Position numbers and translations under genes: made by a program. The notes beneath the pieces are model-generated. The model was not told where the DNA came from and made no database searches. It saw nothing but the letters and a program-made list of their open reading frames with translations. A stretch of 64,000 nucleotides of DNA from Bacillota bacterium (GTDB taxonomy: Bacteria > Bacillota > Halanaerobiia > Halanaerobiales > M55B127), in assembly GCA_051745185.1 (NCBI GenBank), contig JBNJDV010000001.1:745-64744 (forward strand), given 5' to 3'. Numbering within the stretch: position 1 is the first letter of the stretch; each line of letters opens with the position of its first letter. Positions 31,778 through 41,071 of the stretch are shown here, piece by piece.

Positions 31778-34027
31778 CTAAAGTTGATAATATAAGCCTC
31801 TTTCTTTAATATATTCGATTAAATTTTTATAGGTTTCATTTTTTTCTATTGTAGAACTATCACCTATAATAATTAACTTTCTTTTTGCCCTTGTTAAAGC
31901 AACATTCAATCTTCTTAAGTCTCTTAAAAAACCTATATTATTATGAGTATTACTTCTCACTAATGAAATTAAAACAACTTCTTTTTCTCGGCCTTGAAAA
32001 CCATCAACAGTATTGATTTCTAGATTTTCGATGTTATTGTGTTTTTTAAATAAATCTACCTGATCTTTATAGGGTGCAATAACAGCAAGATCTTTTGCTT
32101 TTAATTTTGATTTTAAAGCTTCATCAACTATATCTAAAAGTATTTCCATTTCAACAGGGTTATCATATGAATTAGAGCCTTTTAATGACCTTTCATTGGC
32201 TGTCATCATTTTTGTGTCAATAAATACAATCGGTTTATCAGGGTTTAGGGATTTATCTGTAAAACACTCTTTCCCATTCATTTTATAACCTAAATCCTCT
32301 AATGTATGGCCAGCTACTTCAGGTGAACTTTCTAGTTTGTTATTATAAAACTCTTTATTAGAGAAATCCATGATATCATCATGCATTCTGTATTGTATTT
32401 GAAGCATAGACCTGATTTTTTTACCATAGATCTGATATAATCTTTCAAACATTGACTTATTTAAACCTTTTTTAGCAGCTTTTTTGTTTAAAATTGTTGG
32501 TGGCAGCTGTTTATGGTCACCAATTAATACTGCTTTTTTCCCTTTTATAAAAGGTATAAGGGCTGCTGGTTCAGTTGATTGAGTTGCTTCATCTATTACA
32601 ATTAAATCAAAATTATACTCAGATAAAAGTTCTGAACCTGCAGTTGAATTCGTTGCACAAACTACATCTGCTTTTTCTAATAAATCTCTAAGAGCTGTTT
32701 CCTCTAATCTGTTAATTTTATTAAACAGTTCATCGATCTCTTGCTGTAATTTTATCCAATTTGCCATCTCTTCAATTATAGCAGGTTTTACACCTCTTGC
32801 TCCTTTATTTTGTTCAGCTTTCTTTATAATTTTTTTATCGCTCATTCCTCTTCTTAATCTATCACCCGGGTGTTTATATTGGTCTTGTTTATCTAATAAT
32901 TTATTAGCTTTTTCTCTTAACTTTTCAGCTTCTTCATATTTTGGATGCTCCAATATTTTATAGTCAAGGGTGTGTTTTCTTAAAAGGGGTGTAACTCTTA
33001 TTGGATGACCCAGTCTTAAAACATCTGTACCCATATTAACTAATCTTTCAACAAGGTTATCAACAGCGACATTTGAATCAGCTGTAGCCAATACTTCTTT
33101 ATTCTTTTTAACTGCTTGATTAATGATTTCAATTGCAGTCATAGTTTTTCCTGTACCAGGTGGTCCCTGGATTAAATAAAAATCATTAGCTAATATAGCT
33201 GACTTTACAGCTTCTTTTTGAGAATTATTTAAATCCTCATTTATCCATTCAATCTCATCCTGTGATTTTTCTTTCCAGGATAGCTTTTCTAAACCAAGTA
33301 ATTTTTCCTGTAAATTACCGTATTTTGTATCTCGATTTGTGTTTTTAAACTTTTCGAGTGCATCAAGCATTCTTTGAAAGGTAACGTCATTTACATATAA
33401 GTCTAATCTTAAAGAATAACTGAATACAAATTTTGGTGGCTTTTCATCAAATACAACGGTCAAAGAATAGTTAGTCTTTTCTGAAACCGTTCCAGTTGGA
33501 TTATTATCATCAAGTGTTCTATTCTTACTAACCATAACTAAATCACCAATACTTATTTCAGTATCTGGTAATTTTTCTCCAACCTCTTTTTTCATAAACT
33601 TAACTTTGGGTTTATGGTCATAAGTATGACCATCCTTTTTACCCCTCATATCTAATAAGGCTCTTCCCTTTTTTTCTCTCTGTCTTGGAGTCAACCTTTT
33701 AATTTCAATTTCATGTCTTTCCATTTCTTCTTTTCTTTCCAACTCAACTAAATAAGTGTACTTATTATAATAATCATTAAGTTCACTTCTTCTTTCTGCA
33801 TCATTATCTATCTCTAAATGGACCTTTACTCCCCCAATTTTGTTGTTATTCATTACATTAATCACTTTATTGCAGACTTCATTTTTAACTTCTACTTCTG
33901 CAATATTATTTTTTATATTAATATTACCTATATCATTACTGCTAATATTGGCTTCATTTATAAAAGCACCAACAATATCGCCAGGACCAATATGCTTATC
34001 TATATCTTTAATAATGATATTTTGCAT
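31778..34027 (-). CDS. Upf1/IGHMBP2-like SF1B helicase with N-terminal DbpA-type RNA-binding domain
   Basis: 749 aa with Walker A GPPGTGKT, VIDEATQ, GDHKQLPP, QYRMH, TVDGFQGREKEV and LNVALTRAKRKL. The N-terminal ~75 aa (GPGDIVGAFINEANISSNDIGNINIKNNIAEVEV...KIGGVKVHLE) match the DbpA RBD pattern by eye. Confidence 0.85.
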   Translation of the reverse strand: MQNIIIKDIDKHIGPGDIVGAFINEANISSNDIGNINIKNNIAEVEVKNEVCNKVINVMNNNKIGGVKVHLEIDNDAERRSELNDYYNKYTYLVELERKEEMERHEIEIKRLTPRQREKKGRALLDMRGKKDGHTYDHKPKVKFMKKEVGEKLPDTEISIGDLVMVSKNRTLDDNNPTGTVSEKTNYSLTVVFDEKPPKFVFSYSLRLDLYVNDVTFQRMLDALEKFKNTNRDTKYGNLQEKLLGLEKLSWKEKSQDEIEWINEDLNNSQKEAVKSAILANDFYLIQGPPGTGKTMTAIEIINQAVKKNKEVLATADSNVAVDNLVERLVNMGTDVLRLGHPIRVTPLLRKHTLDYKILEHPKYEEAEKLREKANKLLDKQDQYKHPGDRLRRGMSDKKIIKKAEQNKGARGVKPAIIEEMANWIKLQQEIDELFNKINRLEETALRDLLEKADVVCATNSTAGSELLSEYNFDLIVIDEATQSTEPAALIPFIKGKKAVLIGDHKQLPPTILNKKAAKKGLNKSMFERLYQIYGKKIRSMLQIQYRMHDDIMDFSNKEFYNNKLESSPEVAGHTLEDLGYKMNGKECFTDKSLNPDKPIVFIDTKMMTANERSLKGSNSYDNPVEMEILLDIVDEALKSKLKAKDLAVIAPYKDQVDLFKKHNNIENLEINTVDGFQGREKEVVLISLVRSNTHNNIGFLRDLRRLNVALTRAKRKLIIIGDSSTIEKNETYKNLIEYIKERGLYYQL

Positions 34028-34089
34028 ATTAACACCTCCTAGTTATATTGTTTGCTGTTTTTAAAAGTATCTATTTTATAAACAACAAG

Positions 34090-34632
34090 CTATTTATCTT
34101 TATTTTCTGTATCTTCATAAACTTTACTTCCTACTGCTGTATCCTGACCTTGGTACTTTCCTTGGTAGGGAAATTCAGCTTTCCTGTCCATCTCTGCTAT
34201 AACTAATTGACAAATTCTTCTACCTGCTTTTAGTTTAATCGGCAAACGATTTGCATTGTATAATTCTAGTGTGATCTTGCCTGCAAAACCCGGATCCACC
34301 CAACCGGCATTTTGAATAAACAGTCCCATTCTTCCAATTGAACTTCTACCTTCTACAAAGGCAGTTAGATTATCTGGAAGCTTGATGAATTCTTCTGTAG
34401 TTGCAAGTAAGAATGAATGAGGTGGTATAACTATCTGTTCGCTGTTTATTTCATTATAGTTTAACTTATCCTCTAAGGTCATTATTTCCATTTGATTTTC
34501 ATCGATCTTTAAATAATGTGTACCTAACCTTAAATCAATTGAAGCAGGTTGTAATAAAACATCCTCAAAGGGGTCTATAACTAAATCACCTTTTTTTAAC
34601 AACTCTTTAATTGTACTATCAGAAATTATCAT
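34090..34632 (-). CDS. dcd: dCTP deaminase
   Basis: Contains LQPASIDLRLG and GRSSIGRMGLF...AGWVDPGF, the dcd pattern. I set the start to ATG 34632 (SD AAGGAGA, 7-nt spacer). The track start would overlap the CBS gene. Confidence 0.9.
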   Translation of the reverse strand: MIISDSTIKELLKKGDLVIDPFEDVLLQPASIDLRLGTHYLKIDENQMEIMTLEDKLNYNEINSEQIVIPPHSFLLATTEEFIKLPDNLTAFVEGRSSIGRMGLFIQNAGWVDPGFAGKITLELYNANRLPIKLKAGRRICQLVIAEMDRKAEFPYQGKYQGQDTAVGSKVYEDTENKDK

Positions 34633-34651
34633 CGAGATTCTCCTTGTTTTT

Positions 34652-35104
34652 TTATTCTGATGCAATGTGTTTTACAATATTATTTCTAGTAACAATTCCA
34701 ATCATCTGTCCCGCATTGTCTACTACTGGAATTCTATTTATATTCTTTTGGTGCATAAGTGTTGCTATATCTTCTACTGTATCCTCTGGACTTGCTGTTA
34801 TTACCTCTTTAGTCATAAGTTCCTTAACCTTTACTGCAGTAAATTTCTTAAACTCTTCTTCAAACTTTTTATAACTTTCAAGATAAATAATACCACCTAT
34901 AACATTAATATATTCTGGAAAGTGCAGCTTTTTATCTTTTATAATCAAATCATTTTCTGTCACAATTCCAACTAACTTATTGTCTCTAACAACAGGTAAA
35001 CCACTTATACCGTGTTCACTCATTATATTTGCAGCTTCTTTTACACTTGTTTCTGGATCCACTGTTATTACGTCAGTGGTCATTATTTCTTTGGCAATAA
35101 CCAT
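34652..35104 (-). CDS. CBS-domain pair protein
   Basis: 150 aa with two CBS repeats (IMTTDVITV...GLPVV and LMTKEVITA...RIPVV). Confidence 0.85.
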   Translation of the reverse strand: MVIAKEIMTTDVITVDPETSVKEAANIMSEHGISGLPVVRDNKLVGIVTENDLIIKDKKLHFPEYINVIGGIIYLESYKKFEEEFKKFTAVKVKELMTKEVITASPEDTVEDIATLMHQKNINRIPVVDNAGQMIGIVTRNNIVKHIASE

Positions 35105-35105
35105 T

Positions 35106-36611
35106 TTAGCACCCCCATTTTATTTTGGAAATAGCAGGAGGAATACTGTCTATTATATCTCCAGCTAAAAGCGAGTATTCACCCAATTTGATTTTAGCTG
35201 TATCTCCGGCTAATCCATGTAAATATGCACCTAAAACACCGCTTTGATACATATCTAAACCTTGTCCACTTAATGAAGCTATAATCCCTGTTAAAACATC
35301 ACCACTACCTGCTGTAGCCATTCCACTATTTCCGGTTGTGTTTATTGTAACTTTTCCATTTTTATCTGCTATTAATGTACTTGCTCCTTTAAGAAGTAAG
35401 TTTACTTTGTATTTTTTTGCAAATTCTCTTGTCATTTTAATTCTATTATCTTGTACTTCATTGATTGATTGTTCTATTAATCTGGCAAATTCACCGGGGT
35501 GTGGTGTTAAAACAACATCATTTTTCACCTTTTTTAAATCTGTTAGTTTCAAGTTATTTAAACCATCTGCGTCAATCACAATCGGACAGGTCGCATTTCT
35601 TATGATATAAGAAACTATTTTTTCTTGCCGTTTACCTTTACCTAAACCTGGTCCTAATGCAATTACATCAAAATCAGATATACTCTTTTTTAAGTTATCA
35701 ATGTTTAAGATGTCGGTAATTAGTTCTCGTTTTTTACAACTTACAGCTTGATATATTTCCTCAAATACCATTAACTTAACTAATCCAGAACCACTTTTAA
35801 GTGCACTTTCACCAGTTAAAAGTGCTGCTCCTTCATATCCAAATGACCCACCGATCACCAAAACTTTGCCAAATGTACCTTTATGACCGGTTGTAAATCT
35901 TATGGGTAATAACTTATTGGCCTCTTTTAATGATAGTACAGAGTGTTTATATTTGCTTTTCTCAATAAGTTTTTCTGGAAACCCTAAATCAACTATATAT
36001 AATTTATTAGTGTAAGCTCTTCCTGGATAAAGGTAATGACCAACCTTACTAAAGGCCATTGTTGCTGTAATATCAGCTTTAACGGCATCTTTTAAGATTT
36101 TACCATTACTTCCATCTATTCCAGTAGGTATATCAACAGATAATACTTGTTTTTCGCTTTCGTTAATCAACCTTACAATACTTAAAATTGGTTCTCTTAA
36201 ATTTCCTTTTAACCCTGTCCCCAACAAACTGTCAACTATTAAATCATAATTGGATATTTCATCCCTAAGTTCATCGAAATTATCTCCGTTAAAATATTTG
36301 ATATCAATATCTCTTAATTCACAAGTTTTAATGTTTTTTAAAGGGTCACCACTGATTTTTTCCTTTTTTCCTACTACTATTATTTTAACATGATAATTCC
36401 ATATATCAAGTAATCTAGCTATAACGAATCCATCTCCACCATTATTACCTGTTCCAGCTAATATTAATACTTTGTTTTCTTTATTGTAATTATCCTTAAT
36501 TATTTCTGCAGTCTGTCTACCAGCTGTTTCCATAAGTAATAGGGAAGGAAAGCCGTTATTTATAATTTTTTGGTCTAGGTCTTGCATTTCTTTAGGCTTT
36601 AAAACAATCAT
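35106..36611 (-). CDS. nnr: bifunctional NAD(P)H-hydrate repair enzyme Nnr (epimerase + ADP-dependent dehydratase)
   Basis: 501 aa with an N-terminal YjeF_N domain (GTGNNGGDG) and a C-terminal carbohydrate-kinase-like domain (GNSGMATAGSGDVLTG). Confidence 0.9.
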   Translation of the reverse strand: MIVLKPKEMQDLDQKIINNGFPSLLLMETAGRQTAEIIKDNYNKENKVLILAGTGNNGGDGFVIARLLDIWNYHVKIIVVGKKEKISGDPLKNIKTCELRDIDIKYFNGDNFDELRDEISNYDLIVDSLLGTGLKGNLREPILSIVRLINESEKQVLSVDIPTGIDGSNGKILKDAVKADITATMAFSKVGHYLYPGRAYTNKLYIVDLGFPEKLIEKSKYKHSVLSLKEANKLLPIRFTTGHKGTFGKVLVIGGSFGYEGAALLTGESALKSGSGLVKLMVFEEIYQAVSCKKRELITDILNIDNLKKSISDFDVIALGPGLGKGKRQEKIVSYIIRNATCPIVIDADGLNNLKLTDLKKVKNDVVLTPHPGEFARLIEQSINEVQDNRIKMTREFAKKYKVNLLLKGASTLIADKNGKVTINTTGNSGMATAGSGDVLTGIIASLSGQGLDMYQSGVLGAYLHGLAGDTAKIKLGEYSLLAGDIIDSIPPAISKIKWGC

Positions 36612-37012
36612 TATATCCGCCCCTTTAAAATTATATTGGCTACAACATAATTTTTTTCATGACTTAAGGAAACCAATATCTCAGTGACCTTTTTTTCTTC
36701 TGCTGCAATTTTTGCCTTACCATAAAGTTGTACTGTTGGTTTTTTATTTTCCTTTTTTTGTACTTCAATCTCTTTATATGCAATATTATAATTACTTTCA
36801 ACTGCTTTAATAAATGCTTCTTTTGCACTGTATCTTACAGCAAAAGACTCCACTGATCTTTTTTTAAAACTGCAGTAATCAATTTCAGATTCAGTAAATA
36901 TTCTTTTTAAAAATGTATCCCCTTTTTTATTAATGATTTTTTTAATTCTATCAACTTCTAAAATATCAATCCCGATTCCAATCACTGCACTGTGGTGATT
37001 ATTATCTGACAT
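36611..37012 (-). CDS. acpS: holo-[acyl-carrier-protein] synthase
   Basis: 133 aa with IGIGIDILEV, FAVRYSAKEAFIKA and LSLSHEKNYVVA, the AcpS pattern. Confidence 0.9.
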   Translation of the reverse strand: MSDNNHHSAVIGIGIDILEVDRIKKIINKKGDTFLKRIFTESEIDYCSFKKRSVESFAVRYSAKEAFIKAVESNYNIAYKEIEVQKKENKKPTVQLYGKAKIAAEEKKVTEILVSLSHEKNYVVANIILKGRI

Positions 37013-37130
37013 TTTAATTTCTCCTTTTGAAAAGAAAGATATTTCAATATCTTAACACAATATAATAGTTATTAATTAATAATAATTTCAAAACCAATTT
37101 AATGAATAAATTATCCCGATTAAATAGTAA

Positions 37131-37161
37131 CAAAAAAGGGAGAGAGAAAGTCTCCCCCTCC
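37131..37161 (-). terminator. rho-independent terminator after glmS
   Basis: Minus-strand RNA reads GGGAGGGGG-AGACUUU-CUCUCUCCC (9 bp including 2 G-U pairs) followed by U6. It starts 8 nt after the glmS stop. Confidence 0.55.
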
Positions 37162-37168
37162 CATATAT

Positions 37169-38995
37169 TTATTCTACAGTTACACTTTTTGCTAAGTTTC
37201 TTGGTTGGTCAATATCACAGCCTCTAATTAAAGCAGTATAATATGCTAAAAGCTGTAATGGAACAATTGTAAGTACCCCACTAAAATGATCATTAACTTC
37301 AGGAATATATATTACATGATCTACTACTTCTTCAATATCATATGCATTTTTGTGTACAACTGCAGTAACATCTGCTCCTCTTGCTTTAACTTCAGTAATA
37401 TTACTTAATGTTTTTTCAAAAACGTCTTTTCTAGTAGCTAAGGCAACAACTGGTACATCTTCTTCTATTAAAGCTAAAGTACCATGTTTAAGTTCTCCAG
37501 CGGGATAAGCTTCAGCATGTATATATGAAATCTCCTTTAATTTTAAGGCTCCTTCCATAGCAAGTGTATAGTCAGAATGTCTTCCTATAAAGAAAGCATG
37601 GTCACTTTTGGCATACTCTTTTGCTCTATCTTTCATAACTGATTCACATTCTTTTATCATTTGATCTAAAAGATCCGGTATTTTGATTAATTCCCTTGTT
37701 AGATTTAAGTACTCATTATCTTTTACTTTGTTTTTCCTTTTGGCTAAATATAGAGAGAAAATATAGAAAGCCACAACCATATTCAAATATGCTTTTGTAG
37801 ATGCAACAGAAATTTCCGGTCCAGCTTTAAGTAACATTACATCATCTGCTTCTCTTGCAATACTACTCCCTCTGGAATTGGTAAAGGCAATAACTTTTGC
37901 ACCTTTCTTTTTTGCTAGCCTTAAACTTGCTAAAGTATCACTGGTCTCTCCAGATTGACTTACTGCTATCACTAAATCATTTTCTTTAATCGGTACATTT
38001 CTATATCTATACTCACTAGCAACATCTACTTCTACATTAAGTTCTATTAAGTCCTCTAACAGATACTTTCCAATTAAACCTGAATGATAAGCAGTACCAC
38101 ATGCTATAATGTGGACCTTATTCAAGTTATCAATAAATTCTTGACTTAAATTAAGTTCTTCTAAATTAATACCCTCTGGTGTTACCCGATTTGCCATTAG
38201 TCTTCTTACTGCATCAGGTTGTTCATATATTTCTTTTAACATATAGTGGTCATAACCCTGTTTTTCTGCCATTTCCGGATCCCAGTCAACATGATATACT
38301 TCTTTATCTATTTCAGCTAGTTGAAAATCATATAGTTTAACACTATCTTTATCAATTACGGCAAACTCACCATCTTCTAAAATATAGAAGTCTTTTGTCT
38401 TTTCTAGAAATGCCGGGATATCTGAAGCAATATAGTTTTCATCTTCACCTAAACCAATTATTAAAGGACTATCTTTTCTAGCTACAAATATTTTACCTGG
38501 TTCATGTTTTGTTAAAATAGTAAGTGCATATGAACCTTCTAACTTTTGAATCGTCAATCTTAAGGCTTCTAATACATTACCTTTGTAGTTTTCTTCAATA
38601 AGATGAGCAATTACTTCAGTATCTGTTTCAGAATTAAATTTATGACCTTTTTCTTTTAAGACCTTTTTTATATCCTGAAAGTTTTCGATTATACCGTTAT
38701 GAGCAATTACAAAATTATTGTTACAATCAGTATGAGGATGAGAATTAAAATCTGATGGTTTCCCATGTGTTGCCCATCTAGTATGCCCGATACCTATTTT
38801 ACCACCATTTATATCGTCTTTAATACTCTCTTTTAAAAACTCAATTTTACCTTTTTTCTTCACTACATCTATATTTAAACCATCATTAACTGCTATACCC
38901 GAAGAATCATAACCTCTGTACTCTAATTTCTTCAATCCATCATAAAGAATTGATGCTGCTTTATTTTCTCCAACATAACCTACAATACCACACAT
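37169..38995 (-). CDS. glmS: glutamine--fructose-6-phosphate aminotransferase
   Basis: 608 aa with an N-terminal MCGIVGY nucleophile, two SIS domains and the C-terminus LAKSVTVE. Confidence 0.97.
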   Translation of the reverse strand: MCGIVGYVGENKAASILYDGLKKLEYRGYDSSGIAVNDGLNIDVVKKKGKIEFLKESIKDDINGGKIGIGHTRWATHGKPSDFNSHPHTDCNNNFVIAHNGIIENFQDIKKVLKEKGHKFNSETDTEVIAHLIEENYKGNVLEALRLTIQKLEGSYALTILTKHEPGKIFVARKDSPLIIGLGEDENYIASDIPAFLEKTKDFYILEDGEFAVIDKDSVKLYDFQLAEIDKEVYHVDWDPEMAEKQGYDHYMLKEIYEQPDAVRRLMANRVTPEGINLEELNLSQEFIDNLNKVHIIACGTAYHSGLIGKYLLEDLIELNVEVDVASEYRYRNVPIKENDLVIAVSQSGETSDTLASLRLAKKKGAKVIAFTNSRGSSIAREADDVMLLKAGPEISVASTKAYLNMVVAFYIFSLYLAKRKNKVKDNEYLNLTRELIKIPDLLDQMIKECESVMKDRAKEYAKSDHAFFIGRHSDYTLAMEGALKLKEISYIHAEAYPAGELKHGTLALIEEDVPVVALATRKDVFEKTLSNITEVKARGADVTAVVHKNAYDIEEVVDHVIYIPEVNDHFSGVLTIVPLQLLAYYTALIRGCDIDQPRNLAKSVTVE

Positions 38996-39064
38996 ATATA
39001 TTTACCTCCATTGAATTTATATTTATTTATATCATTATTTATTTTAAATTAATTATCATGATAT

Positions 39065-39210
39065 GTATTTCTGATTTTTTTGTCCCGGCAATTACTTGCT
39101 GGATTTGTAAAATCAGTTGAGGTTTAATACCAAAACCTGGAAAGATCCGCCGATGGTTCGATAACTTTCCACCTCGTCAGCTTTTTATTTAAAAAGCCCG
39201 GGCGCTTTTA
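39065..39210 (-). ncRNA. glmS ribozyme (GlcN6P-dependent self-cleaving riboswitch)
   Basis: The minus strand reads A|GCGCCCGGGCUUUUUAAAUAAAAAGCUGACGAGGUGGAAAGUUAUCGAACCAUCGGCGGAUCUUUCCAGG... This contains the conserved AGCGCC cleavage-site core, GACGAGG and GUUAUCGAA...UCGGCGGAU, enclosed by the UGGAAAG/CUUUCCA helix. It lies in the glmS 5' leader. The 3' boundary is approximate. Confidence 0.85.
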
Positions 39211-39236
39211 ATTATAATTATTTTCCACCTCCTTAT

Positions 39237-40583
39237 TTAGTTTAGTTCTTCTTTTATTACTTTTTTTACCCTCCCTTCCCATTTTTTTATCATATCTTCA
39301 TTTTTAGCTTCTAACATAACCCTAACAATAGGTTCTGTTCCAGATGCTCTTACAAAAACTCTACCCTGGTCACTGTAGTCATCTTCTATTTCTTTTATAA
39401 TACCTTTAATCCTTTTATTTTTATCTAAACTAGATTTATTTTTAACTTTTATATTAATTAACTTCTGCGGCCAGGGTTTAAACATATCATTGATATAACT
39501 TAACTTTAAATTATTCTTCTTTAAGTACTCTACAACTTTAAGTGATGTTAAAATCCCATCACCGGTTTTATTATAGTCTAACATTATGATATGACCGGAT
39601 TTTTCTCCTCCAAGATTATATCCATTTTCGAGTAGTTTTTGTAAAACATAGCGGTCACCATTTTTTGCTTTTTTTACTTTAATATCATTTTTATAAAGAA
39701 GTTCATCTAAACCTAAGTTAGTATACCTTGTAGTAACTAAGGTATTATTGTTTAGTTTATCTTCTTTTTTCATATTTAAGGCTAAAAGAGCCATGATTTG
39801 GTCTCCATCAATTATGTTTCCTAATTCATCAACCATAATTAGACGGTCTGCATCTCCATCATAAGCAATCCCTAAATCTGCTTTGTGTTTCTTTACTTCA
39901 TTAACGATTGTGGAAGGCTTTGTAGAACCACAGTCAAGATTTATCTCATGTCCGTTTGCTATATTATTGACTGCTACAACATCTGCTTTTAGTTTATTAA
40001 ATATTCTTGGAGCTATCTCATATGCAGCACCATTTGCACAGTCTAATACAATTTTATAATCTTTAAAATTAACATCAACGATATCAAAAAGATAATCTTC
40101 ATACTGTTTTAATAATCTCTCTCTTTTTATAATATCTCCCACACCAGTACCAATTGGTTTTGATATTTCCTTGCCATTTAAAATATATTCTTCAATTTTT
40201 AGTTCTTCATTATCTTTTAACTTAAATCCATCCTTATTAAAAAACTTAATACCATTATCTTCTATAGGATTGTGCGAAGCAGATATCATAACTCCACCAA
40301 TTGCATCTGTATTATTTGTAAGAAAAGATACTGCAGGTGTTGAAACTATACCTAATTTAATAACATTTACACCTACTGAATTAAAACCAGCAATTAAAGC
40401 TGATTCAAGCATACTTCCTGAAATTCTAGTGTCTTTACCAATTAACACAAAAAAATATTGTGCTTTTTGGCTCTTGTTTTTTAAAAACACTCCACCTGCT
40501 TTACCTAATTTCAAAGATAATTCAGGAGTTAATTCTTGATTTGCTATACCTCTTACACCATCTGTTCCAAAGATCTGTCCCAT
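39237..40583 (-). CDS. glmM: phosphoglucosamine mutase
   Basis: Starts MGQIFGTDGVRG and has the active-site loop SASHNP. I set the start to ATG 40583 (SD GAGGTGG). Confidence 0.95.
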   Translation of the reverse strand: MGQIFGTDGVRGIANQELTPELSLKLGKAGGVFLKNKSQKAQYFFVLIGKDTRISGSMLESALIAGFNSVGVNVIKLGIVSTPAVSFLTNNTDAIGGVMISASHNPIEDNGIKFFNKDGFKLKDNEELKIEEYILNGKEISKPIGTGVGDIIKRERLLKQYEDYLFDIVDVNFKDYKIVLDCANGAAYEIAPRIFNKLKADVVAVNNIANGHEINLDCGSTKPSTIVNEVKKHKADLGIAYDGDADRLIMVDELGNIIDGDQIMALLALNMKKEDKLNNNTLVTTRYTNLGLDELLYKNDIKVKKAKNGDRYVLQKLLENGYNLGGEKSGHIIMLDYNKTGDGILTSLKVVEYLKKNNLKLSYINDMFKPWPQKLINIKVKNKSSLDKNKRIKGIIKEIEDDYSDQGRVFVRASGTEPIVRVMLEAKNEDMIKKWEGRVKKVIKEELN

Positions 40584-40620
40584 TAATTCCACCTCTATTT
40601 ATATTATATAATTTGTTTAT

Positions 40621-41034
40621 TTAATTTGTTTCAGTTTCTTGGGTTTCTTCTTTATAAGAAGTTATTGTTACTCTTACATAAGAAGGTTCTTTTAAATTAA
40701 TCTTTATACCCTGAGGGGTCCTAATATTTACTATCCTTAAATTATCTCCAATCTGTACATCACTTAAATCAATATATGCTTCAAAGTCATCTTTACTATA
40801 AGCATTAAAAAACCGATATCCTTCAGGTTCAATTAATACTGATTCTTCAGAAATATCTAATACTATGAGATTATCTGCAAGATTTTCATATTGGATTTCT
40901 AGTCTGAATTGATTATTGCTCAAGTTTAAGTTGCTCTGTAAATTACCTTCCTGATAATTTACATAAAGCCACAAAACGGCTGCAATCATTACTGCTATTA
41001 TTAATATTTTATATCTTTTATAGAAATCCCTCAT
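40621..41034 (-). CDS. cdaR: short CdaR-like protein (N-terminal TM helix + single YbbR-like domain)
   Basis: 137 aa with TM segment ILIIAVMIAAVLWLYV and a C-terminal FEAYIDLSDVQIGDNLRIVNIRTPQGIKINLKEPSYVRVTI that resembles one YbbR repeat. Its position between cdaA and glmM is conserved in Firmicutes. Confidence 0.6.
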   Translation of the reverse strand: MRDFYKRYKILIIAVMIAAVLWLYVNYQEGNLQSNLNLSNNQFRLEIQYENLADNLIVLDISEESVLIEPEGYRFFNAYSKDDFEAYIDLSDVQIGDNLRIVNIRTPQGIKINLKEPSYVRVTITSYKEETQETETN

Positions 41035-41071
41035 AATAAATTCCCTCTTTTATTAGGATATATATGTTGAT

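Noticed and set aside
34090-34632. dCTP deaminase beside a helicase and a toxin-antitoxin pair, considered as a nucleotide-depletion anti-phage defence gene.
   Set aside because: Its size (180 aa) and motifs match housekeeping Dcd. As I recall, defence-type dCTP deaminases are larger multidomain proteins. The flanking genes (CBS, nnr, acpS) are core metabolism.
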